This document shows, one piece after another, positions 18,994 to 28,276 of a stretch of DNA of 64,000 nt. The stretch covers positions 14,028 through 78,027 of the forward strand of contig MGVS01000068.1 in NCBI GenBank assembly GCA_001800605.1, written 5' to 3'. Position numbers and translations under genes: made by a program. Positions within the stretch are counted from its first letter, which is position 1, and each line of letters opens with the position of its first letter. The notes under the pieces are model-generated. The model saw nothing but the letters and a program-made list of their open reading frames with translations, was not told the DNA's origin and searched no databases. Source of the stretch: Elusimicrobia bacterium RIFOXYD2_FULL_34_15 (GTDB taxonomy: Bacteria > Elusimicrobiota > UBA8919).

Positions 18994-20595
18994 ATGAATA
19001 CTAAACCGAAAGTGTTATTGGTTCATCCGGCAAGTAAATCAAGAGGGTTTGCTTTTCCCATAGGATTGCTTTATGTTGCGCAATCGCTGATTAAAACAGA
19101 TATTGACGTTTCATTTGTTCATCTTGGAATTGACAGTGTTAAAAACATAAAACTTGAAAATTACCTTTTTGTCGGAATTAGTATGCTTACCAGCAAGATG
19201 ATATTGGACGGATTACATGTTGCAAAATTAGTAAAAAATTACAATAAAAATATCCCTATTGTTCTTGGCGGGGTTCATCCGTCGCTGCTCCCTGAAGAAT
19301 CCCTGCAAAACGAACTCGTTGATATTGTCGTTATAGGAGAAGGGGAAAAAACGGTACAAGAACTTGCCGTCTGCCTGCAAAATAAAGGTGATTTATCTAA
19401 AATAAACGGAATTGCCTTTAAAGACAATACAGGAAAAATAGTTGTGAATCCACCCCGTGATTTTATTGATATGAATGAATTGGACTTTGACCTTCCGTAT
19501 CACCTTTTGGGTAATAACATTTCATTATCGTATGAGCTTCCTCTTCACACTTCTCGGGGTTGTCCTTATAAATGCAGTTTTTGTTACAGTCCAGCTTTTC
19601 ATAAACGAAAATACAGATGTAAGAGTGCCGAGAGAGTTGTTGAGGAAATAGAATATCTTTATAAAAAATATAATATAAAAAGATTCGATGCCGGATATGA
19701 GGATGAATTCTTTCTAGATGTCAACAGAACTTATAAAATATTTAGTACTATTCTTAAAAAGGGATTAAAAATTCGTTGGAGTTCCTTCTGTAGATTTGAC
19801 ACATTTGATAATGCAGTTAAAAAATTTGGTGCTGATTTTGTAGATACAATAAAAAAATCCGGGTGCGACTATCTGGCTCTAGGCGCAGAATCAGGCTCTC
19901 AAAGATTATTGGATGAAATTATTAAGAAAGATATTAAAATTGAACAAATTTTAAGAGCTGTTGATTGGCTGAAAAAATATAACATACCTCACAGAGTAGG
20001 TTTTACATGCTGTTATCCTACCGAAACACAAGAAGATTTAAACGCTACCTTTGATCTTATTGATAAAATATCTTATAACAATTCAAATATGATATTAGGA
20101 ATTGGAAGGTTGATTCCATTGCCCGGAACTTCGGTTTTTGAATTATTAAAAAAAGAATATAACTACAAACCACCTTCTACCTTAGTAGGTTGGGGTGAAT
20201 ATAATCCATTTGATTCGTATAAAGAAGCTACATGGCTTTCTGAAAAACATGTAAAAATGTGTCATAATATGAGTTTATTAGCCGCCCCAGGTTTTGTTTT
20301 TTACAAAGATTTCAAATCTTATAAAATGTACAGAGAATTTATTTCCAGTTCAAATTCCGCTACCGTTTACCCGACAGGATATGTAGGTTATCTGATAACT
20401 AAAATTCAAAGATGGCGGTATAAGAAAAGAAAATTTAATAATATGATAGAGTCAATTTTATTTAATAAATTTAGAAAAATGCAGTTTTCTATGAAAAGAT
20501 ATATTGTCAATATTATTCTTAGAAAATATTTATCTCAAAAAGCCTACCAAAGATTGAAAATTTGGTTTGGCAATAAAAATGTGACAGAAAAATAG
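18994..20595 (+). CDS. B12-binding domain radical SAM enzyme
   Basis: 533 aa. LGGVHPS and VIGEGEKT B12-domain motifs. CPYKCSFC radical-SAM motif. Confidence 0.85.
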   Translation: MNTKPKVLLVHPASKSRGFAFPIGLLYVAQSLIKTDIDVSFVHLGIDSVKNIKLENYLFVGISMLTSKMILDGLHVAKLVKNYNKNIPIVLGGVHPSLLPEESLQNELVDIVVIGEGEKTVQELAVCLQNKGDLSKINGIAFKDNTGKIVVNPPRDFIDMNELDFDLPYHLLGNNISLSYELPLHTSRGCPYKCSFCYSPAFHKRKYRCKSAERVVEEIEYLYKKYNIKRFDAGYEDEFFLDVNRTYKIFSTILKKGLKIRWSSFCRFDTFDNAVKKFGADFVDTIKKSGCDYLALGAESGSQRLLDEIIKKDIKIEQILRAVDWLKKYNIPHRVGFTCCYPTETQEDLNATFDLIDKISYNNSNMILGIGRLIPLPGTSVFELLKKEYNYKPPSTLVGWGEYNPFDSYKEATWLSEKHVKMCHNMSLLAAPGFVFYKDFKSYKMYREFISSSNSATVYPTGYVGYLITKIQRWRYKKRKFNNMIESILFNKFRKMQFSMKRYIVNIILRKYLSQKAYQRLKIWFGNKNVTEK

Positions 20596-20602
20596 GATAT
20601 TT

Positions 20603-21601
20603 ATGATTATAACAAGAACGCCTCATAGAATATCGTTTTTCGGCGGCGGAACAGATTATCCTTCATGGTATCTAAAAAACGACGGGAAAGTGCTCGGCGT
20701 TGCAATTGATAAGTATTGCTATCTAATCGTCCGTAAACTGCCGCCTTTTTTTGAAAATAAATACAAAATTGTATATTCGCAGATGGAATTTCCAAAAACC
20801 ATAGACGAAATTAAACATCCTTCTGTAAGAGAAACTCTTAAATATTTTAATTATAAAGAAGGAGTTTCTATACACCACGACGGCGATATTCCTGCAAGAT
20901 CCGGGATGGGTTCAAGCTCTGCTTTTACCGTAGGTTTATTAAAAGCTATGTATGCGCTTGAAGGGAATATTATTTCGAAAAGTGATTTATTTAAACTTGC
21001 AATAAATATTGAACAAAATATCATAAAAGAAAATGTCGGTTCCCAGGACCAGGTTTTTGCTGCTTATGGGGGATTAAATAAGATTGATTTTTTAAAAAGC
21101 GGTGAAATCGTTGTAACTCCGGTAGTTTTAAAACAAGAAAATTTATCACTGTTCGACAAAAAATTTATGCTTTTTTTTACTGGAATATCGCGTAACGCAT
21201 CCGATATAGCAGAAGAACAGATAAAAAATACAAATAAAAATGAAAATGAACTTTTTAAACTAAGCAAACTTGTTGACGATGCTTATGATATTTTAACATC
21301 ATCAAAACCTGAGTTTGGATTATTCGGGAAACTTCTTAACGAAACATGGAAATTAAAACGAAGCCTGTCGGCAAAAATAAGCAATAGTTTAATAGATAAT
21401 ATTTATGATACTGCTATGAAAAATGGAGCAGCAGGAGGAAAATTGCTTGGTGCGGGAGGCGGCGGTTTTATGCTTTTTTATGTAGAACCTGAAAATCAAG
21501 TGAAAGTAAAAAATGCATTGAAAAATTTAATTAATATAACTTTTGAGTTTGATTTTTCCGGTTCTGAAATAATAGTTTATAAACCGGAATTTTATAAATA
21601 A
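20603..21601 (+). CDS. GHMP-family sugar kinase (HddA / fucokinase-like)
   Basis: 332 aa. PARSGMGSSSAFTVGL ATP-binding GHMP motif. C-terminal GAGGGGF motif. Confidence 0.75.
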   Translation: MIITRTPHRISFFGGGTDYPSWYLKNDGKVLGVAIDKYCYLIVRKLPPFFENKYKIVYSQMEFPKTIDEIKHPSVRETLKYFNYKEGVSIHHDGDIPARSGMGSSSAFTVGLLKAMYALEGNIISKSDLFKLAINIEQNIIKENVGSQDQVFAAYGGLNKIDFLKSGEIVVTPVVLKQENLSLFDKKFMLFFTGISRNASDIAEEQIKNTNKNENELFKLSKLVDDAYDILTSSKPEFGLFGKLLNETWKLKRSLSAKISNSLIDNIYDTAMKNGAAGGKLLGAGGGGFMLFYVEPENQVKVKNALKNLINITFEFDFSGSEIIVYKPEFYK

Positions 21602-21603
21602 TT

Positions 21604-22023
21604 ATGAATAAGAGTTTTGAAATATACAAACATAAAAATGAAGTTATAGCAATAGTGATAAGAAGCAATTTTAAAGGCAAAGATATGCGGTTCTTTACTG
21701 AAGACAGTTCTTCGCAGCAACTTGCATTTATATCGCATAAAAAGGGGAAAATAATAGAACCGCACAGGCATAATAAAATTAAAAGAGAAATATATTACAC
21801 ACAGGAAGTAGACATTCTAAAGAAAGGAAAGATAAAAGTATATCTTTATACAAAAAATGGTGAATTTTTCAAAAATGTAATTCTTAACAGCGGCGATTTA
21901 ATACTATTTGCTTCCGGCGGACACGGTTATAGGGTTATTAAGGATATCGAGATGATACTTGTTAAACAAGGTCCCTATGCGGGAGATAAAGATAAAACAT
22001 ACATAGACGATGATTTATCTTAA
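21604..22023 (+). CDS. Small cupin-fold protein (WbuC/sugar-isomerase-like)
   Basis: 139 aa. HRH..K motif followed by a beta-rich region ending GGHGYRV. This size and cupin character are common in O-antigen loci. Confidence 0.4.
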   Translation: MNKSFEIYKHKNEVIAIVIRSNFKGKDMRFFTEDSSSQQLAFISHKKGKIIEPHRHNKIKREIYYTQEVDILKKGKIKVYLYTKNGEFFKNVILNSGDLILFASGGHGYRVIKDIEMILVKQGPYAGDKDKTYIDDDLS

Positions 22024-22029
22024 TTTTTT

Positions 22030-22962
22030 ATGAATAAAGATTCTAAAATTTATATCGCAGGGCATAACGGACTTGTAGGTTCCGCCTTGGTTAAAAAATT
22101 AAAAGAAGAGGGCTTTCTAAATATCATTACCCGCTCTTCATTAGAATTGAATCTTGTAAATCAAAAAGAAGTAGAGGATTTTTTTAATAATGAAAAACCC
22201 GATTATGTATTTTTACTTGCAGCAAGCGTCGGAGGCATTATTGAAAACAGAGAAAAACCGGCTAATTTCATTTATCCTAATTTATTAATAGAAAGTAACA
22301 TAATTAACTCCGCATGGAAATCAAATGTAAAAAAGTTAATATTTTTGGCTTGTTCAATTATTTATCCGAAAGAATGCCAGCAACCGTTAAAAGAGGAATA
22401 TCTACTATCCGGTTATCCTGAGCCGACTAATCTTGCACATACCATTGCCAAAATTGCAGGTATTGTATTATGCCAATCTTATAACAAACAATACAAAACA
22501 AATTTTATCTCCTGTGTAGCGTCAAACATATTCGGTCCTAATGATAATTTCGATCAAACAGCAGGGCATGTAATACCCGCTTTTATAAGTAAATTTCATA
22601 ATGCAAAAATAAATAATGAACCAAGCGTAACTATGTGGGGAACGGGAAAACCGTTGAGAGATTTTATTTATGTAGATGATGTTGTAAATGCATGCCTATT
22701 TCTTACAGAAAAATATGATTCTTCTGAAATTATAAATGTCGGCTCAGGGAAAGATATTTCCATAGGAGAACTTGCAGAATTAATTAAAGAAGTTACAGGA
22801 TATAATGGTAAAATTATATTTGATACCACAAAACCTGACGGTGCACCCAAAAGATTACTTGATAACAGCAAGATAAGTTTGTTGGGTTGGCAATTAAATG
22901 TTCCATTAAAAGAAGGTTTAGAAAATACTTATAATTGGTGGCTGAATAAGTTTTTAAAGTGA
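22030..22962 (+). CDS. fcl: GDP-L-fucose synthase (GDP-4-keto-6-deoxy-D-mannose 3,5-epimerase/4-reductase, Fcl/WcaG family)
   Basis: 310 aa. N-terminal KIYIAGHNGLVGSAL. YPEPTNLAHTIAKIAGIVLCQSYNKQY (YxxxK region) and FGPNDNF are collinear with E. coli Fcl. Confidence 0.85.
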   Translation: MNKDSKIYIAGHNGLVGSALVKKLKEEGFLNIITRSSLELNLVNQKEVEDFFNNEKPDYVFLLAASVGGIIENREKPANFIYPNLLIESNIINSAWKSNVKKLIFLACSIIYPKECQQPLKEEYLLSGYPEPTNLAHTIAKIAGIVLCQSYNKQYKTNFISCVASNIFGPNDNFDQTAGHVIPAFISKFHNAKINNEPSVTMWGTGKPLRDFIYVDDVVNACLFLTEKYDSSEIINVGSGKDISIGELAELIKEVTGYNGKIIFDTTKPDGAPKRLLDNSKISLLGWQLNVPLKEGLENTYNWWLNKFLK

Positions 22963-22972
22963 GGATTAGAAA

Positions 22973-23950
22973 ATGAAAGTATTAATTACCGGTATTACCG
23001 GATTTGCCGGAAGTTATTTAGCTGATTATATTTTAGGCTTGGATAAAAATATTGAGGTTTACGGTACTAAAAGATATACTAGCTCGCTTAAAAATATAAA
23101 ACATATTCAAAATAAAATTACATTGTTGGAATGTGAATTACGGGATCAGAATTGTGTTGACGAAATTGTTTCAAAAATAAGACCCGATAAGATATTTCAC
23201 TTAGCAGCACAAACATATATTCCTGCAAGTTTCGCATATCCTCTAGATACTATTGTTACTAATATAACCAGCACAATGGCACTTTTAGAAGCTGTAAGAA
23301 AGTTTAAAACTGAATCTATTATTCATTTTTGCAGCAGTTCGGAAGTCTATGGCAGAGTTGAAAAATACGAAGTTCCTATTAACGAAAATAATCAAATGCG
23401 GCCTCAAAACCCGTATGCAGTAAGTAAATCCGCCTGTGATTTACTTGTCCAGCAATATTATGCTTCATATAAACTAAAAGTGTTAATAAGTAGAACCTTT
23501 GGATATATAGGACCCAGGGCAAAAGACGTTTTTGCATATTCTTCTTTTGCTAAACAAATTGTCGAGATTGAAAAAGGATTGAGAGAACCCGTTATTTACG
23601 TCGGAAATCTAAAATCTGTCAGAACTTTTCTGGATATCCGGGATGTAGCGGAAGCATACTGGCTTTTAACGGAGAAGTGCACTTACGGAGATGTTTATGT
23701 AATCGGCAGCAATGTTACAATGGAAATAAGTGAACTTTTATATAAATTACTTGATTTAAGCACTGTCGGTAAAAAGGTAAAAGTTGAAGTTGATAAAAAA
23801 TTACTGCGTCCTTCAGATGTCACACTACAGATTCCTGATAGTTCAAAATTCATTAAACAAACCGGTTGGACTCCTAAAATTTCTTTTGAACAAAGTATGC
23901 AGGATTTGCTAAATTATTGGAGAAATGAACTTGGAGATAACAAATGCTAA
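22973..23950 (+). CDS. GMD-family short-chain dehydratase/reductase (GDP-mannose 4,6-dehydratase-like / Rmd-like 4-reductase)
   Basis: 325 aa. VLITGITGFAGSYLADYIL N-terminus and TYIPASFAYPLDT region resemble GMD/Rmd. It is shorter than canonical GMD. Confidence 0.6.
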   Translation: MKVLITGITGFAGSYLADYILGLDKNIEVYGTKRYTSSLKNIKHIQNKITLLECELRDQNCVDEIVSKIRPDKIFHLAAQTYIPASFAYPLDTIVTNITSTMALLEAVRKFKTESIIHFCSSSEVYGRVEKYEVPINENNQMRPQNPYAVSKSACDLLVQQYYASYKLKVLISRTFGYIGPRAKDVFAYSSFAKQIVEIEKGLREPVIYVGNLKSVRTFLDIRDVAEAYWLLTEKCTYGDVYVIGSNVTMEISELLYKLLDLSTVGKKVKVEVDKKLLRPSDVTLQIPDSSKFIKQTGWTPKISFEQSMQDLLNYWRNELGDNKC

Positions 23951-24879
23951 AAATACTTGTTACAGGCGGGGCCGGTTATATCGGTTCCGTTTTGGTTCCT
24001 AAATTGTTACAAAATGGATTTGAAGTTGCTGTTGTCGATAATTTTACATATTCACAAAATTCCCTTGCTGATTGCTGTTACAATGACAATTTCAGTGTTA
24101 TACGCGGTGATGTACGCGACGAAAATCTTATGAAGTCGTTGCTTGAAAGTCCGGATATCATTATACCATTAGCTGCACTTGTCGGTGCTCCTTTATGTGA
24201 TAATGACAGAATTGGCGCAAAAACTATTAATACAGATGCGGTAAAATTTATCGCCGATAATACAAGCAAAAATCAACGGATTATAATACCGACTACTAAC
24301 AGCGGATACGGTATCGGACAAAAAGACAAATTTTGTACAGAAAAAACACCTTTAAATCCGATATCATTATACGGAACAACAAAAATGGAAGCTGAAAAAT
24401 CCGTATTGGATAGAGGTAATTCTATCAGTTTCCGCCTGGCAACAGTATTCGGAATGTCACCGAGAATGCGGCTTGATTTGATGGTCAACGATTTTGTTTA
24501 TCGTGCTGTTAACGACAGGTTTATCGTTTTATTTGAGGGGCATTTTAAAAGAAATTTTATACATATAAGAGATGTTGTTCGTGCATTCGAACATGCTATA
24601 AAGAATTTCGAAAAAATGAAAAATGAACCCTATAATGTCGGATTATCTGAAGCGAACCTTTCTAAACTTGAACTTTGTGAAAAAATAAAAAAATATATTC
24701 CGGATTTTGTTTACCTTGAAGCACCGGTAGGTGAAGATAAAGATAAAAGAGATTATATTGTCTCAAACGAAAAAATAGAAAAAACCGGTTTTAAACCGGA
24801 ATTTTCTCTCGATATTGGCATAAAAGAACTAATCAAGGGTTATAAAATAATAAAAAATACAAAATATGGAAACGTTTAA
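23944..24879 (+). CDS. NAD-dependent epimerase/dehydratase family protein
   Basis: 311 aa. ILVTGGAGYIGS Rossmann motif. YGTTK (YxxxK). Confidence 0.75.
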   Translation: MLKILVTGGAGYIGSVLVPKLLQNGFEVAVVDNFTYSQNSLADCCYNDNFSVIRGDVRDENLMKSLLESPDIIIPLAALVGAPLCDNDRIGAKTINTDAVKFIADNTSKNQRIIIPTTNSGYGIGQKDKFCTEKTPLNPISLYGTTKMEAEKSVLDRGNSISFRLATVFGMSPRMRLDLMVNDFVYRAVNDRFIVLFEGHFKRNFIHIRDVVRAFEHAIKNFEKMKNEPYNVGLSEANLSKLELCEKIKKYIPDFVYLEAPVGEDKDKRDYIVSNEKIEKTGFKPEFSLDIGIKELIKGYKIIKNTKYGNV

Positions 24880-24885
24880 AAATAT

Positions 24886-25725
24886 ATGATTCATCAAATA
24901 TGTAAAGATATTATAAAGCAGTTAAATATCAATAAATTTATTGAAACCGGCACTCACTTAGGCGGAACCGTCGCTGAAGTCAGCAGCTGGTTCCAAAACC
25001 TGGATCCGGATTTTGGAACTATTAAAACCAGCATAGCCGGTCCGCAACTTAACAAATTTGTCAGCCCTGAACAAAATATTTACCGTTATCCGGTTTTTGA
25101 AAATTCTTCTGATAAAGCAAAAACAAAACTTTATTCTATAGATATAGATAAACAAAGACAAAATATATTGCAAACTTTGTTTCAGAGCAATCCTAATATA
25201 AAATTAATTTCTGACTATTCTGATAAGTTCATAAAAAAAATGATAGATACAAATTTGATTTCGGATGAAGATAATTGTTTTTTTTATCTTGATGCACACG
25301 GAGGCGAATCCTGGCCTCTTAGAGATGAAATAAGTGAAATACTGAAATTAAAACGTTCTATTATTTCTATTGATGATTTTGTTGTACCTTTCCAGCCTAA
25401 TGCAGGATTTGATGTCTATGGAAATAAAATTTGCGACTGGTATTATATCAAAGATTTGTTTGAAAACCATAAAACATATTTATATTATCCTAATAAACCT
25501 GATACTGATAACAGGGGAAAGGTTTTCATTTTTGTAGGATACAACAAGAACGAATTAAAGTTTATGGAAAAATTACCCTGTTTTAAACCTCTATTTAAAG
25601 GCGATTTGTATATAACAACCTTAAAAGTCAGGTTGATTCATACCAAATTATATTCTTCAATAGAAAAAACAAAACTTTATTCTTTAATAAGAAAGAATAT
25701 ATTTAAGAAAATAGGAATATCATAA
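24886..25725 (+). CDS. Hypothetical protein, possible TylF/CmcI-like SAM-dependent O-methyltransferase
   Basis: 279 aa. The segment FIETGTHLGGTVAEV resembles the E-x-G-x-x-x-G-x-S motif of TylF/CmcI methyltransferases. Weak. Confidence 0.3.
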   Translation: MIHQICKDIIKQLNINKFIETGTHLGGTVAEVSSWFQNLDPDFGTIKTSIAGPQLNKFVSPEQNIYRYPVFENSSDKAKTKLYSIDIDKQRQNILQTLFQSNPNIKLISDYSDKFIKKMIDTNLISDEDNCFFYLDAHGGESWPLRDEISEILKLKRSIISIDDFVVPFQPNAGFDVYGNKICDWYYIKDLFENHKTYLYYPNKPDTDNRGKVFIFVGYNKNELKFMEKLPCFKPLFKGDLYITTLKVRLIHTKLYSSIEKTKLYSLIRKNIFKKIGIS

Positions 25726-25728
25726 TTT

Positions 25729-26634
25729 ATGCGTTCACCTACTTACGGAATTATCCCGAATATAGCAAAATCTATCAAGAGCGACATATTGCTTCAAATT
25801 TTCAATAATATGTGTCGTGTCAGATATTTTGAGTTAGGTTTGATTGAAGCATTCAAAGAAAAAATTTTTGATAAATTTGTATATCTTTCCTCCGGTCAGG
25901 AATCCATTGCTGCATCAATGTCCCTTGTAATTCCTGATTTTATGATTTTTGCGCAGCATAGATGCCACTCTACTTATTTGTCATTTGGAGGAGATCCTGT
26001 CGCATTACGCGATGAATTGATAGGCCTGCCCAGCGGTACCAGCGGAGGCAGGGCGGGATCAAACTGCCTGCAATATCACAAAAACAACATGACTATGTTC
26101 GGACATCACGGATTAATCGGGGAAAACGTTCCTTTCGGGGTCGGAGCTGCACTTGGAAGCGGAAAACCTGTGGTGTGTTTCTTTGGTGACGGAGCTGCAG
26201 AAGAGGATTATGTTTTTGCGGCAATGGGGTTTGCCGTAACACATAAACTGCCGGTATTTTTTGTATGTGAAGATAATAATCTGTCGGTCCTTACCACTAT
26301 TGATAAGCGGCGGTCATGGAGCATGACAGAAGTAGCAAAAGGACTTGGAATGCCTGCTGTGGATATTACGGATGACCCTTGGACCGTTTACAGAAAAACA
26401 CAGGAATTAAAAGATACTCTTCCGGCTTTTATTAATATCTATACCTGCAGGGCGTATTGGCACAATAGCGTAGGAACAGACGGGCCTCCCGAATGGGACA
26501 GGTTTAAAATAGTAAAAGATGAATTAATCAAATTGGGAATGGGAAAACAAATCGAAGAGATAGAAAATAAAATTAAAACTTCAATGGAACAAATATGGGA
26601 CAAAAAACTGTTGCAGAAACTATTAAAGAAATAA
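25729..26634 (+). CDS. Thiamine-diphosphate-dependent dehydrogenase E1 component, alpha subunit (standalone)
   Basis: 301 aa. SGQESIAASMSL, GDGAAEEDYVFAAMGFA and CEDNN motifs of the E1_dh family. Confidence 0.75.
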   Translation: MRSPTYGIIPNIAKSIKSDILLQIFNNMCRVRYFELGLIEAFKEKIFDKFVYLSSGQESIAASMSLVIPDFMIFAQHRCHSTYLSFGGDPVALRDELIGLPSGTSGGRAGSNCLQYHKNNMTMFGHHGLIGENVPFGVGAALGSGKPVVCFFGDGAAEEDYVFAAMGFAVTHKLPVFFVCEDNNLSVLTTIDKRRSWSMTEVAKGLGMPAVDITDDPWTVYRKTQELKDTLPAFINIYTCRAYWHNSVGTDGPPEWDRFKIVKDELIKLGMGKQIEEIENKIKTSMEQIWDKKLLQKLLKK

Positions 26635-27488
26635 CAAGAAAACATTTGACTGAAGACAACGGGCTTCTTCTGGGAGAAAGCATTACCGCCGTAGGATGGG
26701 TTAATAATACCGTTCCGGATTGTAAAGGTATTATTGAGCTTCCAATGACAGATGTTGCAGGCGCCGGCATTGCGGTTGGCGCTGCAATGGTCGGACGACG
26801 CCCGATATTTGTTATAAGATTTCAGGATTTTTTGGTTTTGAACGGTAGCCCTTTGATTTTCTTTGCGGCAAAAATAAAGGAACTGCACGGTAATTGCGCG
26901 CCTGTTTTTGTCAGGGCGATAGCGGCAGAAAATTTCGGGCCTTGCCACTCGGGAGTCCTTCATAGCATTTTTATGCATTTTCCCGGTTTCCGTGTCTGTT
27001 CACCGATGACGCCTGGAGAATATGAAAAAATCTGGCAGGATTATATGGAACATGACGACCCTATGATTGTTAGCGAACACCGCGCGAGCTATAAAAATAC
27101 GGAAGAGTTGAATGATGTCTTAGAAAAAAATGCAGATATAACACTTTACCCGGTTTCAGCAACAAGATTTGAAGCTGTAAAGGCGGCACAAATGCTGAAA
27201 AAGGAAGGAATAATATGCAACATTATAAATATTCTATGGCTGAAACCTTTCGAACTGACTAAACGTCTTATCGATCCTTTGACTGAAACAAAGAAAGGAC
27301 TGGTTATAGATCCGGGCCATGAAATAGCTGGCGCTTCCCGCTCAATCGCTTACGAACTTATGTATGCAACAAATTGTAAAGTCGGAGCGCTGGGTTTAGA
27401 AGATAAAACCAAATGTCTTTATGAACCGCTGCAAAACAAATATCCTGACGCGGAAAAAATTTACAAAGCAGTTAAAAATATGATTTAG
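26595..27488 (+). CDS. Thiamine-diphosphate-dependent dehydrogenase E1 component, beta subunit (transketolase-like pyrimidine-binding + C-terminal domain)
   Basis: 297 aa. Overlaps the alpha subunit by 40 nt. Pyrimidine-binding-domain-like N-terminus. No E2 or E3 nearby. Confidence 0.7.
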   Translation: MGQKTVAETIKEITRKHLTEDNGLLLGESITAVGWVNNTVPDCKGIIELPMTDVAGAGIAVGAAMVGRRPIFVIRFQDFLVLNGSPLIFFAAKIKELHGNCAPVFVRAIAAENFGPCHSGVLHSIFMHFPGFRVCSPMTPGEYEKIWQDYMEHDDPMIVSEHRASYKNTEELNDVLEKNADITLYPVSATRFEAVKAAQMLKKEGIICNIINILWLKPFELTKRLIDPLTETKKGLVIDPGHEIAGASRSIAYELMYATNCKVGALGLEDKTKCLYEPLQNKYPDAEKIYKAVKNMI

Positions 27489-27513
27489 ACATCCTATAAA
27501 GAAAAGGATGTCT
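27487..27513 (+). terminator. Perfect 9-bp inverted repeat (AGACATCCT-N9-AGGATGTCT) overlapping the E1-beta stop codon; terminator-like hairpin
   Basis: Seen directly in the sequence. No strong U-tract follows, so an intrinsic terminator is not certain. Confidence 0.4.
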
Positions 27514-27657
27514 GATTACACTGATTAAAAGGCAGATTACACAGATTATTTTAAAGGGTTCAGGTTCTAATCAGTGTAATCGGTGTTAAAAATCCCTGCC
27601 TGCCGGTAGGCAGGTGTGTAATCAGATATAATGTTAATTATATCAGGAGAAATAATT
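27514..27657 (+). promoter_or_regulatory. Structured leader/repeat element copy A: four GATTACAC/GTGTAATC octamers in both orientations, a GC-rich palindrome CCTGCC-N8-GGCAGG, a TATAAT box (27627-27632) and an AGGAG RBS (27645-27649)
   Basis: 60-bp core 27574-27633 is 100% identical to 39030-39089, followed by a shared ATTATATCAGGAG. Confidence 0.6.
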
Positions 27658-28203
27658 ATGAAAAGAGCTGTGATAATAACAGGACAAAATTTTCAGGATG
27701 AAGAATTCATTTACCCTTTTTACCGTTTGCAGGAAGCCGGATTCAAAGTGGATGTCGCAATTAAAGACAAAGTAATCACTAAAGGAAAATACGGCGTTCC
27801 GGCCAAACCAACCATTGACACAAAAGATTTAAAGGAATCGGATTATGATTTAGTAATATTACCCGGAGGCCATGAAGCGCCGGACAGAGTAAGACAGATT
27901 AAAGAGGTTTTGGACTTTGTGAAAGCCATGTATGATAAAGGTAAAGTAATTTCCACGATTTGTCACGGCCCCTGGATCCTTATCTCTGCCGGTATCGTAA
28001 AAGGTAAAAAAATATCCGGTTATATAGGGATTAAAGACGATATTATTAACGCAGGTGCAGAATACGTCGACGCTCCTGTGGTTGTTGACGGTAACATAAT
28101 CTCTTCTCCTCACTACAAATATAACGGCGACTGGATGAGAGAAACCCTAAAAATAATAGAAGCGGATCCTTCAACTTCGCTCAGGACAAGTAAACGCGGA
28201 TAA
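27658..28203 (+). CDS. DJ-1/PfpI-family protein (class I glutamine amidotransferase-like)
   Basis: Start moved from the track's 27631 to ATG 27658, which lies 8 nt after AGGAG. The track start sits inside the repeat element. The catalytic-elbow region ICHGPWILISAGI is typical of DJ-1/PfpI. Confidence 0.75.
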   Translation: MKRAVIITGQNFQDEEFIYPFYRLQEAGFKVDVAIKDKVITKGKYGVPAKPTIDTKDLKESDYDLVILPGGHEAPDRVRQIKEVLDFVKAMYDKGKVISTICHGPWILISAGIVKGKKISGYIGIKDDIINAGAEYVDAPVVVDGNIISSPHYKYNGDWMRETLKIIEADPSTSLRTSKRG

Positions 28204-28276
28204 AGAAAGCTGATTTTACGCAGATGACACAAAATGTCATCCTGAGCCATAGGCTAAGGATCCAGGAAGTAATTTT

